Below are positions 1 through 16,099 of a stretch of DNA of 64,000 nt, one piece after another. Origin of the DNA: the human T2T-CHM13v2.0 reference genome, Homo sapiens. The position numbers were made by a program, and so were the translations under genes. Location: the NCBI RefSeq assembly GCF_009914755.1, contig NC_060926.1; one strand, given 5' to 3'. Positions within the stretch are counted from its first letter, which is position 1, and each line of letters starts with the position of its first letter. The notes under the pieces were generated by a model that was not told where the DNA came from, searched no databases, and was given only the letters and a program-made list of their open reading frames with translations.

Positions 1-81
1 CCCTCTCCATGCATTATCTGTGAAACGATCTGTTGTAGACAGAACTTCTTCTTCCAGCAAACCAGCCAAGGCAGAAGTGGC
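1..81 (-). CDS. WDR35: WDR35 exon 26, truncated by the window edge (ATSALAGLLEEEVLSTTDRFTDNAWRG...)
   Basis: Acceptor CTCGTAG|GCC at 82-83; frame open to position 1; DNAWRG motif. Confidence 0.95.
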
Positions 82-209
82 CTACGAGTAAAGTCAGCCC
101 ACACTTTCCGTCAGCACAAACGCACACACAGTGTCAACTCCCAAATAACAACAGTCATTAAAGTATCTAAATGAGCAGATTTTATCATTACAAAACTATG
201 ATTACAGAC

Positions 210-365
210 TTTTTTTTTTAAGAGATGAGGTATTACTCTGTCACCCAAGCTGGAATGCAGCTGCGTGGTCATAGCTCACTGCAGTCTCAAACTCATGGAC
301 TCAAGTGATCCTCCCACCTAAGCCTCCCTAGTCACTGAGATCACTGGTGTGAGCACTGCACCCAA
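210..365 (-). mobile_element. Old Alu monomer (FAM/FRAM-like)
   Basis: T-run then degenerate Alu arm sequence. Confidence 0.8.
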
Positions 366-791
366 AACAGATTTAATTTTTTATTATAATTCATAGTTTG
401 TTAAACTGGTATGAATAAATTTTAAAATATAACTAATTAGATTCTAAGTTAATCAGACATTCATTTACGCATTACAACAATATATCTAGGAAAGTTTTAA
501 AACTCACTGATTAGAAAGGAAGATTTCCCAGGTAAGTAAAATTTTTTAACAAATAAGACATTAAAGCAAAGACTACAGATTAGTATTACAGAAAAACAAT
601 TTCAATATTTCTAGGTAGAAATTTCTGAATTTGAATACTAATTCTAAATCAGTCATTCTTTTTCTTCATATCATTTAAGGAAACAAATGCAGACATGCAA
701 ATTAAATGACCTATCCATAAAAGAAGTTTAATAGTTTCTTTTTTTTTTTTTCTTAAACACTTCCAATGATGTAATGTTATTTAACGTGCTA

Positions 792-977
<186 letters not shown>

Positions 978-1805
978 CTATATTTGTACAAATACAATCA
1001 TTTCCAAAACTAACAAATTTGATTCCCTAAAAAAGGAGGAAAATCAGTAAGATGGAATATAAATATCACCTATTTAAGATAAATATTTTAAAACCTATCT
1101 TCTTTTCATTAGTACCTATTCGTATTTAGTTCTTTCCTTAGTATTTAGCCCTAGGAGTTGGAATTCAGATCACTCTTAGAAAATGAGAGGTGCTGTTAGA
1201 TAACTAAATCAGAATAAAGAAAGTATTGATGAAATGCTGGTATTTTCCATAATACAGAGATTTTTAAAATAATGTTCCAAGTACACAAAGATATGATAGT
1301 GTTAACATGGTGCATCCTTCAGAAGCTGAAACTTATTTAAATGATTTTAAGAGATATTTTTCCTTTTTCATTAAATCAAATGGGAATAGAATAGAAGGTA
1401 AAATGTGTATACATTAATACTGTACTAATTATCTTCCCTCCAAATAAATATTATGTAAAGCGTAATATTTAAAACTTGTACATTTAAAAGAACTTAAAAC
1501 TCTATTATCAACAAAATTTAATTCCCTGTTGTAGAAATTTGTACTTTGCAGTCTCAGTAATTTCTTTAACTCTTTGTTAACTCCAGTATTCAACATACAA
1601 TTGTTTAGGTATTAGTAAGTTGCTAATATTAATAAACATCTTTGTTGGTAAAAGGCAATAATACTAAAATAATGTATACAGAAGCAATAAAACCAGAGTG
1701 GTTTTGCTGTAATAAATATTTGTTTCCAAAGAAAATGGAGAATATGCTCTTTCATATATTAAAATATTGTGACTGGAACAAATCAACTATTCACCAAGAT
1801 TTTTA

Positions 1806-1976
<171 letters not shown>

Positions 1977-2890
1977 CTAGGAGAAAAATTACACCATTCA
2001 GTCACCCAAGTATTTACAGTCACATATATCATAAAATTCACACAAGAAAGCTTTAAGTTTATAGTAAAAACACTATTTCAAAATTAAAAACTGGTATGTT
2101 TTAAAAATAGCATTTAAAATCACAGCAACATAAGTCCTATAAGCATAAGTCAAAATGATTAAATGATCTCTAAGACTCTGATTTGCTTAAGAAATACATG
2201 TGAAAATGAAAGTTTCAAAGTTTATAATCATATTAATCTTGTAATTCTAATCTTACAAAACTTCAAGCAAGAAAGATACACTTGTTTATATGTTATAGTA
2301 AAACAAAATATGCAATTTCAGTTGTGAAAATGTCCTATCAGATTTGACATTTAAAAATTATTTTTATAAAGCAAAAGGGGTTTTAAAAAATAAGAAAAAT
2401 ATTAAAAGAATACATTAATAGTCAATAGTTTCTATAATAACGCTGTACTTTTAGTTTAATTTCAGCTCTTAAAAATATCAAATGTATGTTTTCTATAAAG
2501 GAAAAGGAAAACAGATTTGCCAAAATAAATATTGATAAAGTAACTCAATTCCTTCCTCAGGCAATGACCAACCATTAACTGGTCCTTCTTTGGAAACAAA
2601 ACCCAACCCTAACAAAATGCAGAAAATTATGAAATTACTTCCAGACAAAAACTTGCCAGACTAAAAGCACAAGGTTTGTTCATGCTCCCATACTGAGCTG
2701 GTTATAAGTGGGTCACCCCTCATGGTAGCACTTTAAGAGGTAAGTGCAACTTTCTTCATCCTCAATTAAGAGAATACCCGCCTGGCTCCTTTCATAAAAT
2801 TCACGTCAGGCTCTCCAACCCTTACATTGGCAATAATCTTTAAAAGATCACTAGGGTGACTTTAACCTTGCTTTGACTTAAAAATTCCTA

Positions 2891-3085
<195 letters not shown>

Positions 3086-3555
3086 TTACTTATATTTTAA
3101 TTTAACAAAACTCCGTAGGGACGTATGAGTATTAAATTTACTGGTAGTTACAGATTTTTCTTGTAAACAGACGCAAGGGCAGAGGGTACAAATGAGAATG
3201 GATGCTAAGGCATCACTTCTATAAATCCAGAGCTTCACTGGCTCAGGCTGTGGATCTGATTTTTAACGAGGCCCTGAAGACACTGCACTCCTTTCTTATC
3301 TCAGTTCAGTAGCTAGTATACAGAAATGTCAAGCTCCAAAACAAATCCCCCACCAGTGGGTGAAAAAAGCCTTTATATCAATTGGTGGTATACTCAGTGC
3401 TAATTATTAACTAGAGACTTAAGGGAAATCTCACATTCACAGAGCCCTCAAATACCTCTATAAAGAAATGTCCTAGAGAAGTCTGCCATTAATCAGTTCA
3501 GGAAGCTAGACCCAAAACAGAGCTCTCTTGGAAAGTGGTGGCAGCGAGGAAGAAC

Positions 3556-3603
3556 CACCACCACCACCACCACCACCACCACCACCACCACCACCACCAC
3601 CAC
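3556..3603. repeat. (CAC)16 perfect trinucleotide microsatellite
   Basis: Counted directly; produces the spurious poly-His ORF. Confidence 0.98.
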
Positions 3604-4966
3604 AAAAAAAAATCCTACTTGTTCAGCTGCACTGGCCATTTTCAGAACATCATTTTTTTTCTTTCAGAATATCTAATTAGCCAGAGGTTTTCCCTCCCCA
3701 ACCCTTCTACAATATGTTTGGAAGTATGAAAGTATATTTTATATCCAACTTTTAAAACAATGCTTATATTTTTCTGATTATAAGGGAATACATTCTATCT
3801 GTAAAAAAAATTACAAAACATGAAAAAGTGAAATTACTCATAATCTTATCATTCATAAGAAACCTCTCTCAATACTCTGGTGCAATTTCTTAACATCTTT
3901 GTCCTTTGAATATATATGTATATGTTTGTGTTGTACACAATCACACAATACACAATTTTGTATCCTGTATTTCCTACTTAAATATTATGTACACCTTCCC
4001 ATATTATTAAAAATTCTTCTATAACTCTATTTAAAATTTATAATACTAAAATTTTTACTATTTTAGTTATTTAATTATCATTATAGTTATAATTACTTAG
4101 CATTTACTCAGGAATATTACTATTCTGGATACCCTACAGCAAAATGTTTATCGGCATCATCAGACACATCTAACAGACAACACTAACGGAGTATACACTC
4201 TTCCCTATACCCAGGGTTCTAAGTAATTTCAGTTTCTTTCCTACTCAAGAAAACCCATAGGATTGAAAATAAGGGTGAGTGAAAATACCATTATTACAGA
4301 GATAGCCGCTCAAATTCACAATAGGGAAAACTGAATTACCGTAATTCTATACTTATCTATTAACTAATAGGCAAAATTTTTGAAGCAGAACTCACAACTG
4401 ATATACATCCAGACTCTGCAGTTGAGAGCTGCTAGCTCTACAAGTATTGTACGGCTCAGTGATTCACATATTAAACACATAAAATACAAACTTATTTACA
4501 GTATTCAACAATTAATTAAGAGGCTCTAAAAGAACATTTGAAAGCAAGAGAACTCTTTCCATTTCTCTTTTAACTTGAAATACTTTATTGTTAATATAAC
4601 ATAATAAAAGTTGAGCTATCTTTTTAAACTTAAGTTATAGCAAATTTCAAACAATTTCAGATTATTTTGAAGCAAATCCCTAGCAACATATCATTTCATC
4701 TGTAAATATTTCATGTATTCAGCTAACATTTAAAAAGTAACTTTATAAATCTTAACAGACTACACAAGACTGTGATCATATTAAAGTAGTAAGAATGTGA
4801 CTGACTTTTCCTCCTCCATTTTCAAGCATTCTATATTATTTATATATTACTTTATAATTAAAAGCATCATTCCATGTCTAAGAAACTGTAACATTATAGA
4901 TTTTTAATTTTCTTTATTGTGGGAGATATTTCCTGACTATAACATAAAATTTTATAAAGTAACCTA

Positions 4967-5158
<192 letters not shown>

Positions 5159-5704
5159 TTAAAACTAATGTGAATCTCCTGATAAATAAGCACTTTCAAC
5201 CAAAATGTTCCTTCATCATAATTCCCAGTACTAGTATTACTGTTCATTATCTTCAGCTTCAGAATAACTTTCAAACATATAAATGGGGAAAAAAATCTAA
5301 AGCATATTCTAGTTGTAACATTCCTTGACTATTCTTAAGAAATACCACCGCTTTACTCCCAAACACTGACATAAATAAGCATACTAATCAAAATGAAAAG
5401 AAAAGCCAATGATTTCTGAAAATAATATATAATAAAGCAAATAAAAACACTTATTAAACTTTGTTCAAAAATAAAACATAAAACACCTTAGAATTATATA
5501 CTGTAGGCTCAAACAGAAAGCTGCATGGAGCTAAGTACAAGTTTTGTGTTTATACACTACAAATTTTTATAGTGCTCATCTCACAACTTCACAGGATCTC
5601 CGGCTTTCCAAGATGAATCTAGAGCTATCTGAATTTTAGAATTCAAGAAAATGATCTTCATTTCCCCAGGATTACTTCCTAGAGAAGTACTCAGGCAGCT
5701 ACTA

Positions 5705-6040
<336 letters not shown>

Positions 6041-6070
6041 CTAGCTAAGAGGAAATGAGGAGCACCTGGA

Positions 6071-6433
6071 GGTTATGGTTTGAATGTGTGTCCCCTCCAA
6101 AATTCATGTTAAAACTTAATCTCCATTGTGGTAGTATTAAGAGGTGGGGTTTCTGGGAAGTCATTATGTCTGCCCTTATGAATTGATTAATGCCCTCATA
6201 AAAGACTCCTCAGAGAATTTGCCCCTTTTGCCCTTTTCACTTTCCACCATGTAAAGGCATAACATTCAAAGCACCATCTTGAAAGTGAGACAGGGCCCTC
6301 AACAGACACCAAACTTGTTGACGCCTTGATCTTAGACTTCCTAGTCTCCAGAACTGTGAGAAAAATATTTCTGTTCTTTATAAATTATCCAGTCTCAGGT
6401 ATCTTGTTATAGCACCCCAAATGGTCTAAGATA
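6071..6433 (+). mobile_element. MaLR solo LTR (MST family)
   Basis: Starts gttatggtttgaatgtgtgtcccctccaaaattcatgtt; ends ttgttatagca...ctaagata. Confidence 0.85.
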
Positions 6434-6701
6434 CCAGAACAGGGAAAAGAATGTTGTGCCTTTACTTTCCTGGACTTTCAATTTATTTAGCAAAATAATG
6501 ATTTAAATAACAATCATTTCTTTTCAGCAATTTCTTAGATGTGATCAGGTTTATTTCAAAACAAAACACAGTGTTAACACATGTGGTTTTATATGACTTT
6601 TCAGAGCCTAAGTCATATTAGAGATCTCCTGGGAGTATAAATAACATTAATGAAGATGAGATACAATCTTAACAGCTGAAATGAAGTTCAGACAGACTCT
6701 C

Positions 6702-6773
6702 CGCCTTGTGGTTCAGTGGCTAAGATTATCTGCTTTCATAGCAGCTGCCTGGGTTTGATTCCTGGCCAGGGAG
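6702..6773 (+). pseudogene. tRNA-Glu(TTC)-derived retropseudogene
   Basis: Colinear with recalled human tRNA-Glu: A box GTGGTTCAGTGG, anticodon loop CTTTCAT (TTC 6735-6737), B box GGTTTGATTCC, 3' GGCCAGGGAG; CpG-decay mutations; flanked by a TSD. Confidence 0.85.
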
Positions 6774-7270
6774 ACAGGCCTTACAGTTCTTTAATTCAAA
6801 AGAAGAAATATTTATGAAGTTCATACATTATTTTATATAAATCAAAAACGAAATATAAAGAACTAATCTCGATCCCTAACGACTTCTGATTTTTATTTTA
6901 TGCCTCTTGACAACATAAAATTAAATAATGGCCTAAACAAACAAAGAAAGAAAGAACTGGAATAATGAGCTATGTCTTAAATATAAAAGATCCCAGTCTC
7001 TGTTGTTCTATCATTTTTTCCCATCAAATGAAAAAAAAACCTCCCAGAGTCAGCCATTATTAGATGTAAAAACAGAGAAGAAAACTGCCTCCAGACTATG
7101 AAACACAAATGAATGAGAGGCATGTAGAATATCTAGGTTGTAATCCAAACTTAAAATTAATTTCTAAAAGGAACCATATGATACACCTAACGTATTTATA
7201 GTTTCCATTTGTAAAAAATACAATGATGAACTGATAGAGTACTCAGGGATGCCTGCGCCTTCATAACTTA

Positions 7271-7477
<207 letters not shown>

Positions 7478-7747
7478 TTATTTTAAAAGAAACAAAAACA
7501 TAAGTGCATATTGCAAATTACTGACAAACTAGTCTTGAATCACAATTCAATTATCATTTATGTCTATTATTTCTAGAGAAACATGGTGGAAAGTAACATA
7601 TGCAAACATTTTTCAAATAATTTTCTGCTTATTTTGAGGACTTCCAAATCTAAATGAATTTCTACATCTTAAAAAGAAGAGCAAGAATGGAAGTCTGCTC
7701 CCATCAGGAGGATAGTAGGGGAGCAGAGGGACAAAACTGAGACTTTA

Positions 7748-7930
<183 letters not shown>

Positions 7931-9599
7931 CTAAAAGTAAAGATGAAAACAAAAAAATTCAAATATTTGCCGTTAGAGTATGTGTTTCTTTTTTATATTA
8001 AAAACCAGAACAAAACAAAACAAGAAAAAAAACGGCATCATATTGTGAGCAAAATAAGGAAGAGAAATCTTCACGTTTGGGTCTTTTGAGTTATCTGGAA
8101 AACACCAAAACCCACAAGTAAGTACCTCTGAGGCAATCAGGCGGCCTATGAGGAAAAGGGGACAGAGGAAAATGGCAGAAGGGGTCCCTCACAGTTATGC
8201 ATCCCTGTTTCCCTCTGCTCAGATTGGTTTTTCACCTTAAATGAGATAACATGTCTCAAAGATTCAGCACAATGCCTAGCTGTACTATTTACGGTATTCA
8301 ATATTCATCATCTCAGAACTGACCTAATGCTCTCCTGCTTCAGAATTTTGAACAGGTGTACCATCCTGACTGAATCACAGCACCCCTAACTCTTTTCTGG
8401 CAACTGAATTACTTATCCATCTCCTCAACTCCTCTACCTGAGGCCAAGAACTGTGTCTTATTGGCTGTTAATTAATAGTTGCTGAATTAATGAATAGATG
8501 AACTTTAGGTAAATCATTTTACCACTGAGAGCCTTCTTTATCTAAAAAACTTCACAAAATTCAATATAATCATCAATTACAGCAACAACACCACAGGCAT
8601 TTTCACACATTCTAGAGCTTAAGGCAATCGGAAATTATGAGCCTTTCTTGAAAAACACTACTAACAATGAAATCCAGCCAACTAAAAGATTAATCAAAAT
8701 TAAGAACTTACGTAAGGAGAAAATGTAGTAAAAAGCCTGGCTAATAGCTTTGAATTCATTTAACTATTAAGACTAAACAACTGGAAATTAGGATTACAAG
8801 ACGAAATTTAAATGTTCTAAATCTTGACAATGTAAAAATAATATATCTACAAAAGGAGAAAAAGAAGAAAATGTAAGAATGTTATCTTTTAGAGTAGAAA
8901 GACAATACTATTAAAAATTAAAATATAATTTAAACTAATAACTACCTGGTTTTTCATAATTTTTCTTCTCAACCCAGGAAAATGGTATTCTCTGCAGTGG
9001 AAAAATATTATCTAAAAGTCTAGAATTCCTTTAAACTCACTTTCAGGTTATCTAATTAAATTAACACTAAAAAAGTAGATTGTACAATGATGTCATTTTT
9101 ATAAAATTACTTCTGTTCATCTATCTAAATCTATCAAATCCATATTTCCATATATAACTTGCAGCTGTAAGGAATGATGTTCTGATGTTTAACGGTAGTG
9201 ACTAAAATATCTGAGTTGTGGGATTTAGGGTTTTTTTTTAACTTGTTTCAGTACTTTTCTGTTTTGCTTGAATTCTATATAATTCTGCCATTTGTTTAAA
9301 AGCAGTAAAGTATTCATTTTTAAAAATCAATTTAACCAACACTTTCTGAAAACCAACTCTGTATCAGATCCTTGCTAAATGTTAGGGATTCAAGAAGCTC
9401 ACTCTTTATCAAACCATTAAATATATAAAAGCAGACAAAATATTTCAGTCACCTTAGTTTGATTCTACCCACTTATGACTGTCTTTTTAAAGGGCCCTGG
9501 AAGAACCACATATTCAAAATAAAAAAAAAAGAAATAAATAAATAATGTCTTCTTTCCCTAAATCTCTTGGGAAAGAAGACAAGCAGAAAGACATCTTCT

Positions 9600-9945
<346 letters not shown>

Positions 9946-10089
9946 TTATCTGGTGGTACTGTATTCAAGTTAAACGGGCAATGAAATAAGTTCATTAGTT
10001 TTACAAGTCATATACCTTAAACAAGGACAAGAAAAGTGCTATCCATATACAGAAGAGTCAGATAGTCAAATCTGGAGGTTACATAATCC

Positions 10090-10505
10090 TAGGTAATAAC
10101 AGCCCAGACTCCATTTTTGATGGTTGGCTGCTGACAGCTTTTAAACCTCACCTCTCCCTCTTCCCCTCTGCCTCACATGGGGCAAGCTAATGAGAAAGCC
10201 CAGATGCTTCTTCCTTTGGGGCACCAGTGAGTTTCAAACCACATAAGCCCCTATCCATTAAAAGCCTCACCCCAGACCCACTCCCTAACTACTAAACAAC
10301 AAAACAACAACAAAAACACCCTCAAGCCAGTCTCCTTTCCCTGTGCTGTCCAGCCATTTCTGACAGCTTGGGAAGCCTGCCCTTCTCTCCCCTAAAAGTT
10401 TCATTATGGAAGATACATTCCTGGTGTCCCTATGGTATCATCAATCTTTACATCCAAACCAAATTTTGGGTGGGGGCCCATCCCATTGCTGCATGGTGGT
10501 TATGA
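10090..10505. mobile_element. Probable ERV solo LTR (family not identified)
   Basis: C-rich LTR-like composition and motifs distinct from the flanks. Confidence 0.45.
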
Positions 10506-11257
10506 TATAGAAAATGAAACTGGCTCACAATAAAATAGCCATAATTTACATATCAAACCCAAATATGATTTACATATCAAACCCAAACCTGTTCCAAATT
10601 GCCACTAACTTCTGGAAATTTTAAATCTACTATCTCAATTCAAAAACTATATATATATTACATAGAAAAAGTTAATGCTTTGGCTAAAATGAAGGTAAAA
10701 CTTCTCTCAGTATATTCTTAGAGAAAAAAAATTCTCAAAGGATGGTCAATGTAGGCCAATGCAGGGGTTCAAAATCATGTCTTGAATTTAAAAAGAGAAA
10801 AAAGGATTATTTTACAAAACCTGGAAAAAATGGAAAGATAGATCTCTAAAAAAAAGTTACTCAAGTATCTTAGAACTAGAAAAAGGCTAAACTCTTAAAT
10901 ATTTCTTCAGTACCTCGTTATTACTACAAAAACAATGACAACAATTAGCACTCATTTTTTTTAGCTCTCACTTGGCCGTAGCATTGTGCTAATTGCTTTT
11001 CACACATTATCTTATATAATAACAATCCTATAAGTAGTATTATTATCTGTATTTTATAAAGGCAATAACTGAGACTTATACATTTTTATCATCATTTTAC
11101 AGGAAAGTAAAGTGAAGCTCAAAAAGATGGTGGCACCCACCTAAAGGCTGAACAATAAGAGAGCAGGGCTGGGCCTGAGATATATCTGACTCCTGGGTCC
11201 ACACTGCTAACCAGGATACTACACCGCCTGGTCCAGAAATAATCCCCTGTCAAGCTA

Positions 11258-11395
<138 letters not shown>

Positions 11396-14300
11396 TCATT
11401 ATGCAAAATTTCCTCTCTTTTAACAAATCATGCTTTTAAATTTTATTATCAGAGTTTTCAGGTAAACAAAAGAGAGAATGTCATTAACACCCATATACCC
11501 ATAACCTAAATAATTAGCATTATGGTAAATATGCTTCCTTTAACTTCTTGGCTGAAGTATTGTAAAGTAAATACAGTAAATTACGGACATCATGATATTT
11601 TATCCCTAAATACTGCAGTACATATCTTTAAAACATAAGAATTTTCTCTTACATGGCCACATTACTATGATCACACCTTACATAATTAATGTTAATTCCC
11701 TAATAGCATGTAATATTCAGTCCAATTTTCTCAATTAATAAAAAGTCATATAGCTTGAAAATTCTAATTCATGCAATTCAATATTAAAGTTAATTCTTCA
11801 TAAAGCTGATAAACACTATATTTGTATGTAAGCCCATCTATCAAAGAAATCCCATACCACACTGAACAGTCTCTCCTCTGTAACATGAGCCAGAGTGCAT
11901 TCCTGATATATCTCCTACTCTTAAGAAGATTTATTTGCCAATATGTAAGTGCATGAGACTGTTATATGTCTGTCTCTTATCTTAGTGTTATACAGGCTTG
12001 TTGAAATAAAGAATAGGATATGCATATTATAAAGTAGCTGCCCTAGATCCTTGTATAAACATGTTTATCATTAGAAATTTTTTTTTTATTTTTGGCAAGA
12101 CAGTGCAACAAAACAAGATAATCAAAAGATAAACTCACAAAAGTTGATCCATGAAAAAAAAAATACTACCAAAGAGAAAGGGAGAAAGATGGAAAGAGAG
12201 ATCAAAAAATAAAAGTTTGAAAAATAATCTGATTATTAATGCATAAGTAAATACATTTATGTAATTCAGATTTTAAAAATTCAACTTCTGCTGGAATTAA
12301 CCAATTTTCTTTAGTTTCCAAAATTCATTAGCTATCTATCCACACACTTCATTTAAATATGAAGTTTCAGACCAGCAGGGTCTCACCTAACCAGTATGCA
12401 AGATAATTCTTTTTATCAAAAAAGTAACCAAAGCTTTAATAATCTATACTACACCAAACAAAATATTGGCACCCTTATCCAGCACACAAGTCAGAAGGCC
12501 TCATAATATGTGCCATATAATGAGTGTCCTGAAGTACCCTTATTTGTCCTACAATTTTAGCATATTGTGATATACTGAGGTTTGCATATACCTAACTAAG
12601 TGAATTGAGGGATTGTATTACCTAATTTTAGCTAACTCTCACAAACTGGACAAATGGCTTAAAAAGCTTCTTGCAAAGAACTTGTAAATTAAAAGTAATA
12701 TTAATAATGCAAGCACAAGCAAACAAGAAAAGGCAGAACTGACACCTCTCTTACTCCTAGCACAGATTCTTGTATCAGTCACATTACAACGTGAAAACAA
12801 TGACAATCCTATCAGGTCTGACCAAAAGTCAGCTAAAAGGTCAAAGTTATCAAGTAGAGTATTTGACACATGAGACTTTTATCAACTAAGTTAACAAAAC
12901 CTTGCTCTAAAATGTGCATTATGCTGATATACTAGCTAATGTAGCATTAGCATGAACCATAGCAATTAGCATGACTTAAAAAAATAAAGTTATGTCATCC
13001 AGTATAATTTATTTTTCTCATTCTTTTAAAATTTCTATTTTGATTCATAATATATTAATATGGTAGGTCATGTAAATAATTTCTAAATAAATATGTATAT
13101 ATAAGAGCATATATTCAAAAGTTTGGGAGCCCCTTGTTTGAAAAAGAAGCAAATGTACAAAAATGAGTCTGATTGATGAAATTATGAGATATGAAAGAAA
13201 CATGAAATGAAATTGTAGTGCCAATGAGAAGGAAGAGCCAAGAAAAAGAACAAAACAGCGCAATCAGTACCTTCAGAGGGTCACTGGAGATGAAAATGAT
13301 CAAGCAGGGAATATCAACATTAAATATTCATCTCCTAATTCTCAAAGAAAATGTGCTTTATCAGTGAATTAAAACTTTGCACACAGATGGCATCTTTTTC
13401 TCTCAAATAATCTGAAGATTTACAGCTTAGATAAAGGTATGAATCTAGAATTCTTAACAACACTCAAATGGATAAAAATATATTGTTATTAGCTGTCAAA
13501 CAATAACTTATCTCCTAAATAATAATATAGAATATTATGTCCTTAAGGAACATACTATTAAATATAATAGTATGTAAAACAGATCTTCCCTGCTTTGAAG
13601 AGATCATGTTCTTACATGATCAATAAGCAGCTAGAAAAGCAAATGAGCAGAGTAGCTAAACCAGCTGCGACCACAGTAAGCCAGTGTCCTTGTGAATGAA
13701 AAGAACAGAACAGCATCATTTATAAAGAAATCCAGACAGTGGGAAGGTTTTAAGAAATCCATCTAGCTCTAAATCTAACAGAAATCGAACTACATGCCAA
13801 ACCAGAAAACAAATTCAAATTAAAAAACAGTATGTTTTTAAAAGGCTGTTCTGTTAAAACTACTTAAGAAACTCTTTCCACCAGGCAAAGATTTCACTTG
13901 GTACCAGACTGACCATGTGTGCTATAGACACATTATGAGCAGCCAGATACAACAAACATTCTCCCTTCTCCAGGCATATGATTTGTGATTTAGTATGAGC
14001 AGGGCTAAGGATAGAAAAAGACTCTAACATTCAAAAAGTATTCTACTCCCATCCTCAAGGTTATCCTGTGGATTACCTGTCAAATTCCCACAATTGTTTT
14101 GTGGCAAGGATTAAATTTCCCTTGGACCCTTGAAAGAAGCCCATGCTTACAGGTCAAATGCAGCAGCCCTGAATCTGAATGCCTTTCCTTTGAACTATTT
14201 CTCAGGGTCGAAGAATCACAAAGATCCTAAGACTTGCAAAAGCTTTAACAGAGCCTTTGAGAGCACTTTACATCAGGGCATTTTACATCCAAAATTCCTG

Positions 14301-15293
14301 AGTAGGGCTCAAATGGGGAAATGTGAAAATAATTTAGGATATTAAAGGGGCAAACAGTTTACCACTAAATAAATTACTCCAGAAACCCTTTGGCAGCTCA
14401 GGGGCCCAAGCATGCAATTTCTTCCCAAGAAGGAAGCTATACATGCAAACAAATGGAAATTAATGATATAAAGCATTTATTAACTTATTCCTTATTATTT
14501 ACAAGAGTAGAGTGCAGCAGAAGTACAGAAAATTCCAAATTGAAAATCCATTACTAATTCAAAAGTCATTTAAAAGATTTATCTTCTTAATGATGTTTTG
14601 ATTAGGTTACCACTCGGATTATTTTGTATTTCCTAAATACAACAGCTGAGAGTTGGCCAGAGTAGACTAAGTGACAGGAAAATCCAGAGCATAGAAATTA
14701 GCTGATGTGAGCCACAAGCAGAAAATCAAAATGTAACCTTAAAAATGAGAACAAAGGGGACTTCCTCATACCCAAAAGAGAGATTAATCCCTGCCTGCAC
14801 TTGCATATTTGTAAGAATATCTGGGTTAAGAAAGAACACAGATTTGTGAACGATATGGTAAATGTAAATATAAATAAGACAAAGTAAGCACAGAATTAAG
14901 TGAATAAAGAGACAGAAAAGAATGAATGGACAAGGAAATTTGAAAACTATATTTTTTTATTAGGTTCTTTTCAGAAATTCTGGTAAATAAGGCTACTGAT
15001 TTTGTTTTCTTAAGTTTGACAAGGGAAAAAAAGACTAGTGACCATGGCTCCACCTTTTAAAAAGAACAGATAAATAAATGCCTAGGAAGTACCTTTCAGA
15101 GAAAGTAGAGAATATTTAATAGATAAGTATTTTCTCACCTAAGACCAAATATTTTTAAAATCCACAGAAATGTTCCTATTTATTTTCAGAAATTCATGCA
15201 GCCGTGTTGGCACTGCTATTCAACAAACTTCTTAAAGAAACAAAGGGGAATCATCCAGGTTTTTATATTTGGCTCATTATTTATAGACTGTTA

Positions 15294-15566
<273 letters not shown>

Positions 15567-15988
15567 TTACTATCAGCAATCATGAGAATAATTACCTATA
15601 GCCATTCTTCTTCAAAATCAGATTATCAGAAACCTGGAATACAGTAGAAATGGCTTAAAATTTTGTTAAATAAATTTGATACAAGATATGGACTACTCTC
15701 TATTTTGCTCTCTTCTGAGGAAAATGTATCCAGAGACAAAACCAATTGGTATGAAATATAAAATAGTCTCAATGCTTTTAAGCTTTAAGAGTAAAAAATT
15801 ATACTAGTACTTCCACACGCCCAATTAAAAACATTTAAACCAAATGCAGTATAAAATAAAACCATACTGAATTTTAAGACAAGTTCATAATAGACACGCC
15901 CATCTTTACATTTATTACATATAAATCTAACAATCCCAACTGATCATTTCTAAGTCTAACATCTACATGAGCAGAGTTTTCAGGCTTA

Positions 15989-16099
<111 letters not shown>

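Noticed and set aside
3535-3729. ORF with 16 consecutive histidines
   Set aside because: Translation of a (CAC)n microsatellite plus an A-run; GTG start, antisense intronic, no exon structure
6702-6773. Functional tRNA-Glu gene
   Set aside because: TTC of the T-loop mutated to TTT, stems disrupted, CpG decay and TSD flanks indicate a retropseudogene
10541-10588. 24-bp tandem duplication (and a ~20-bp one near 17252-17290)
   Set aside because: Two-copy slippage duplications are common in introns; nothing suggests function
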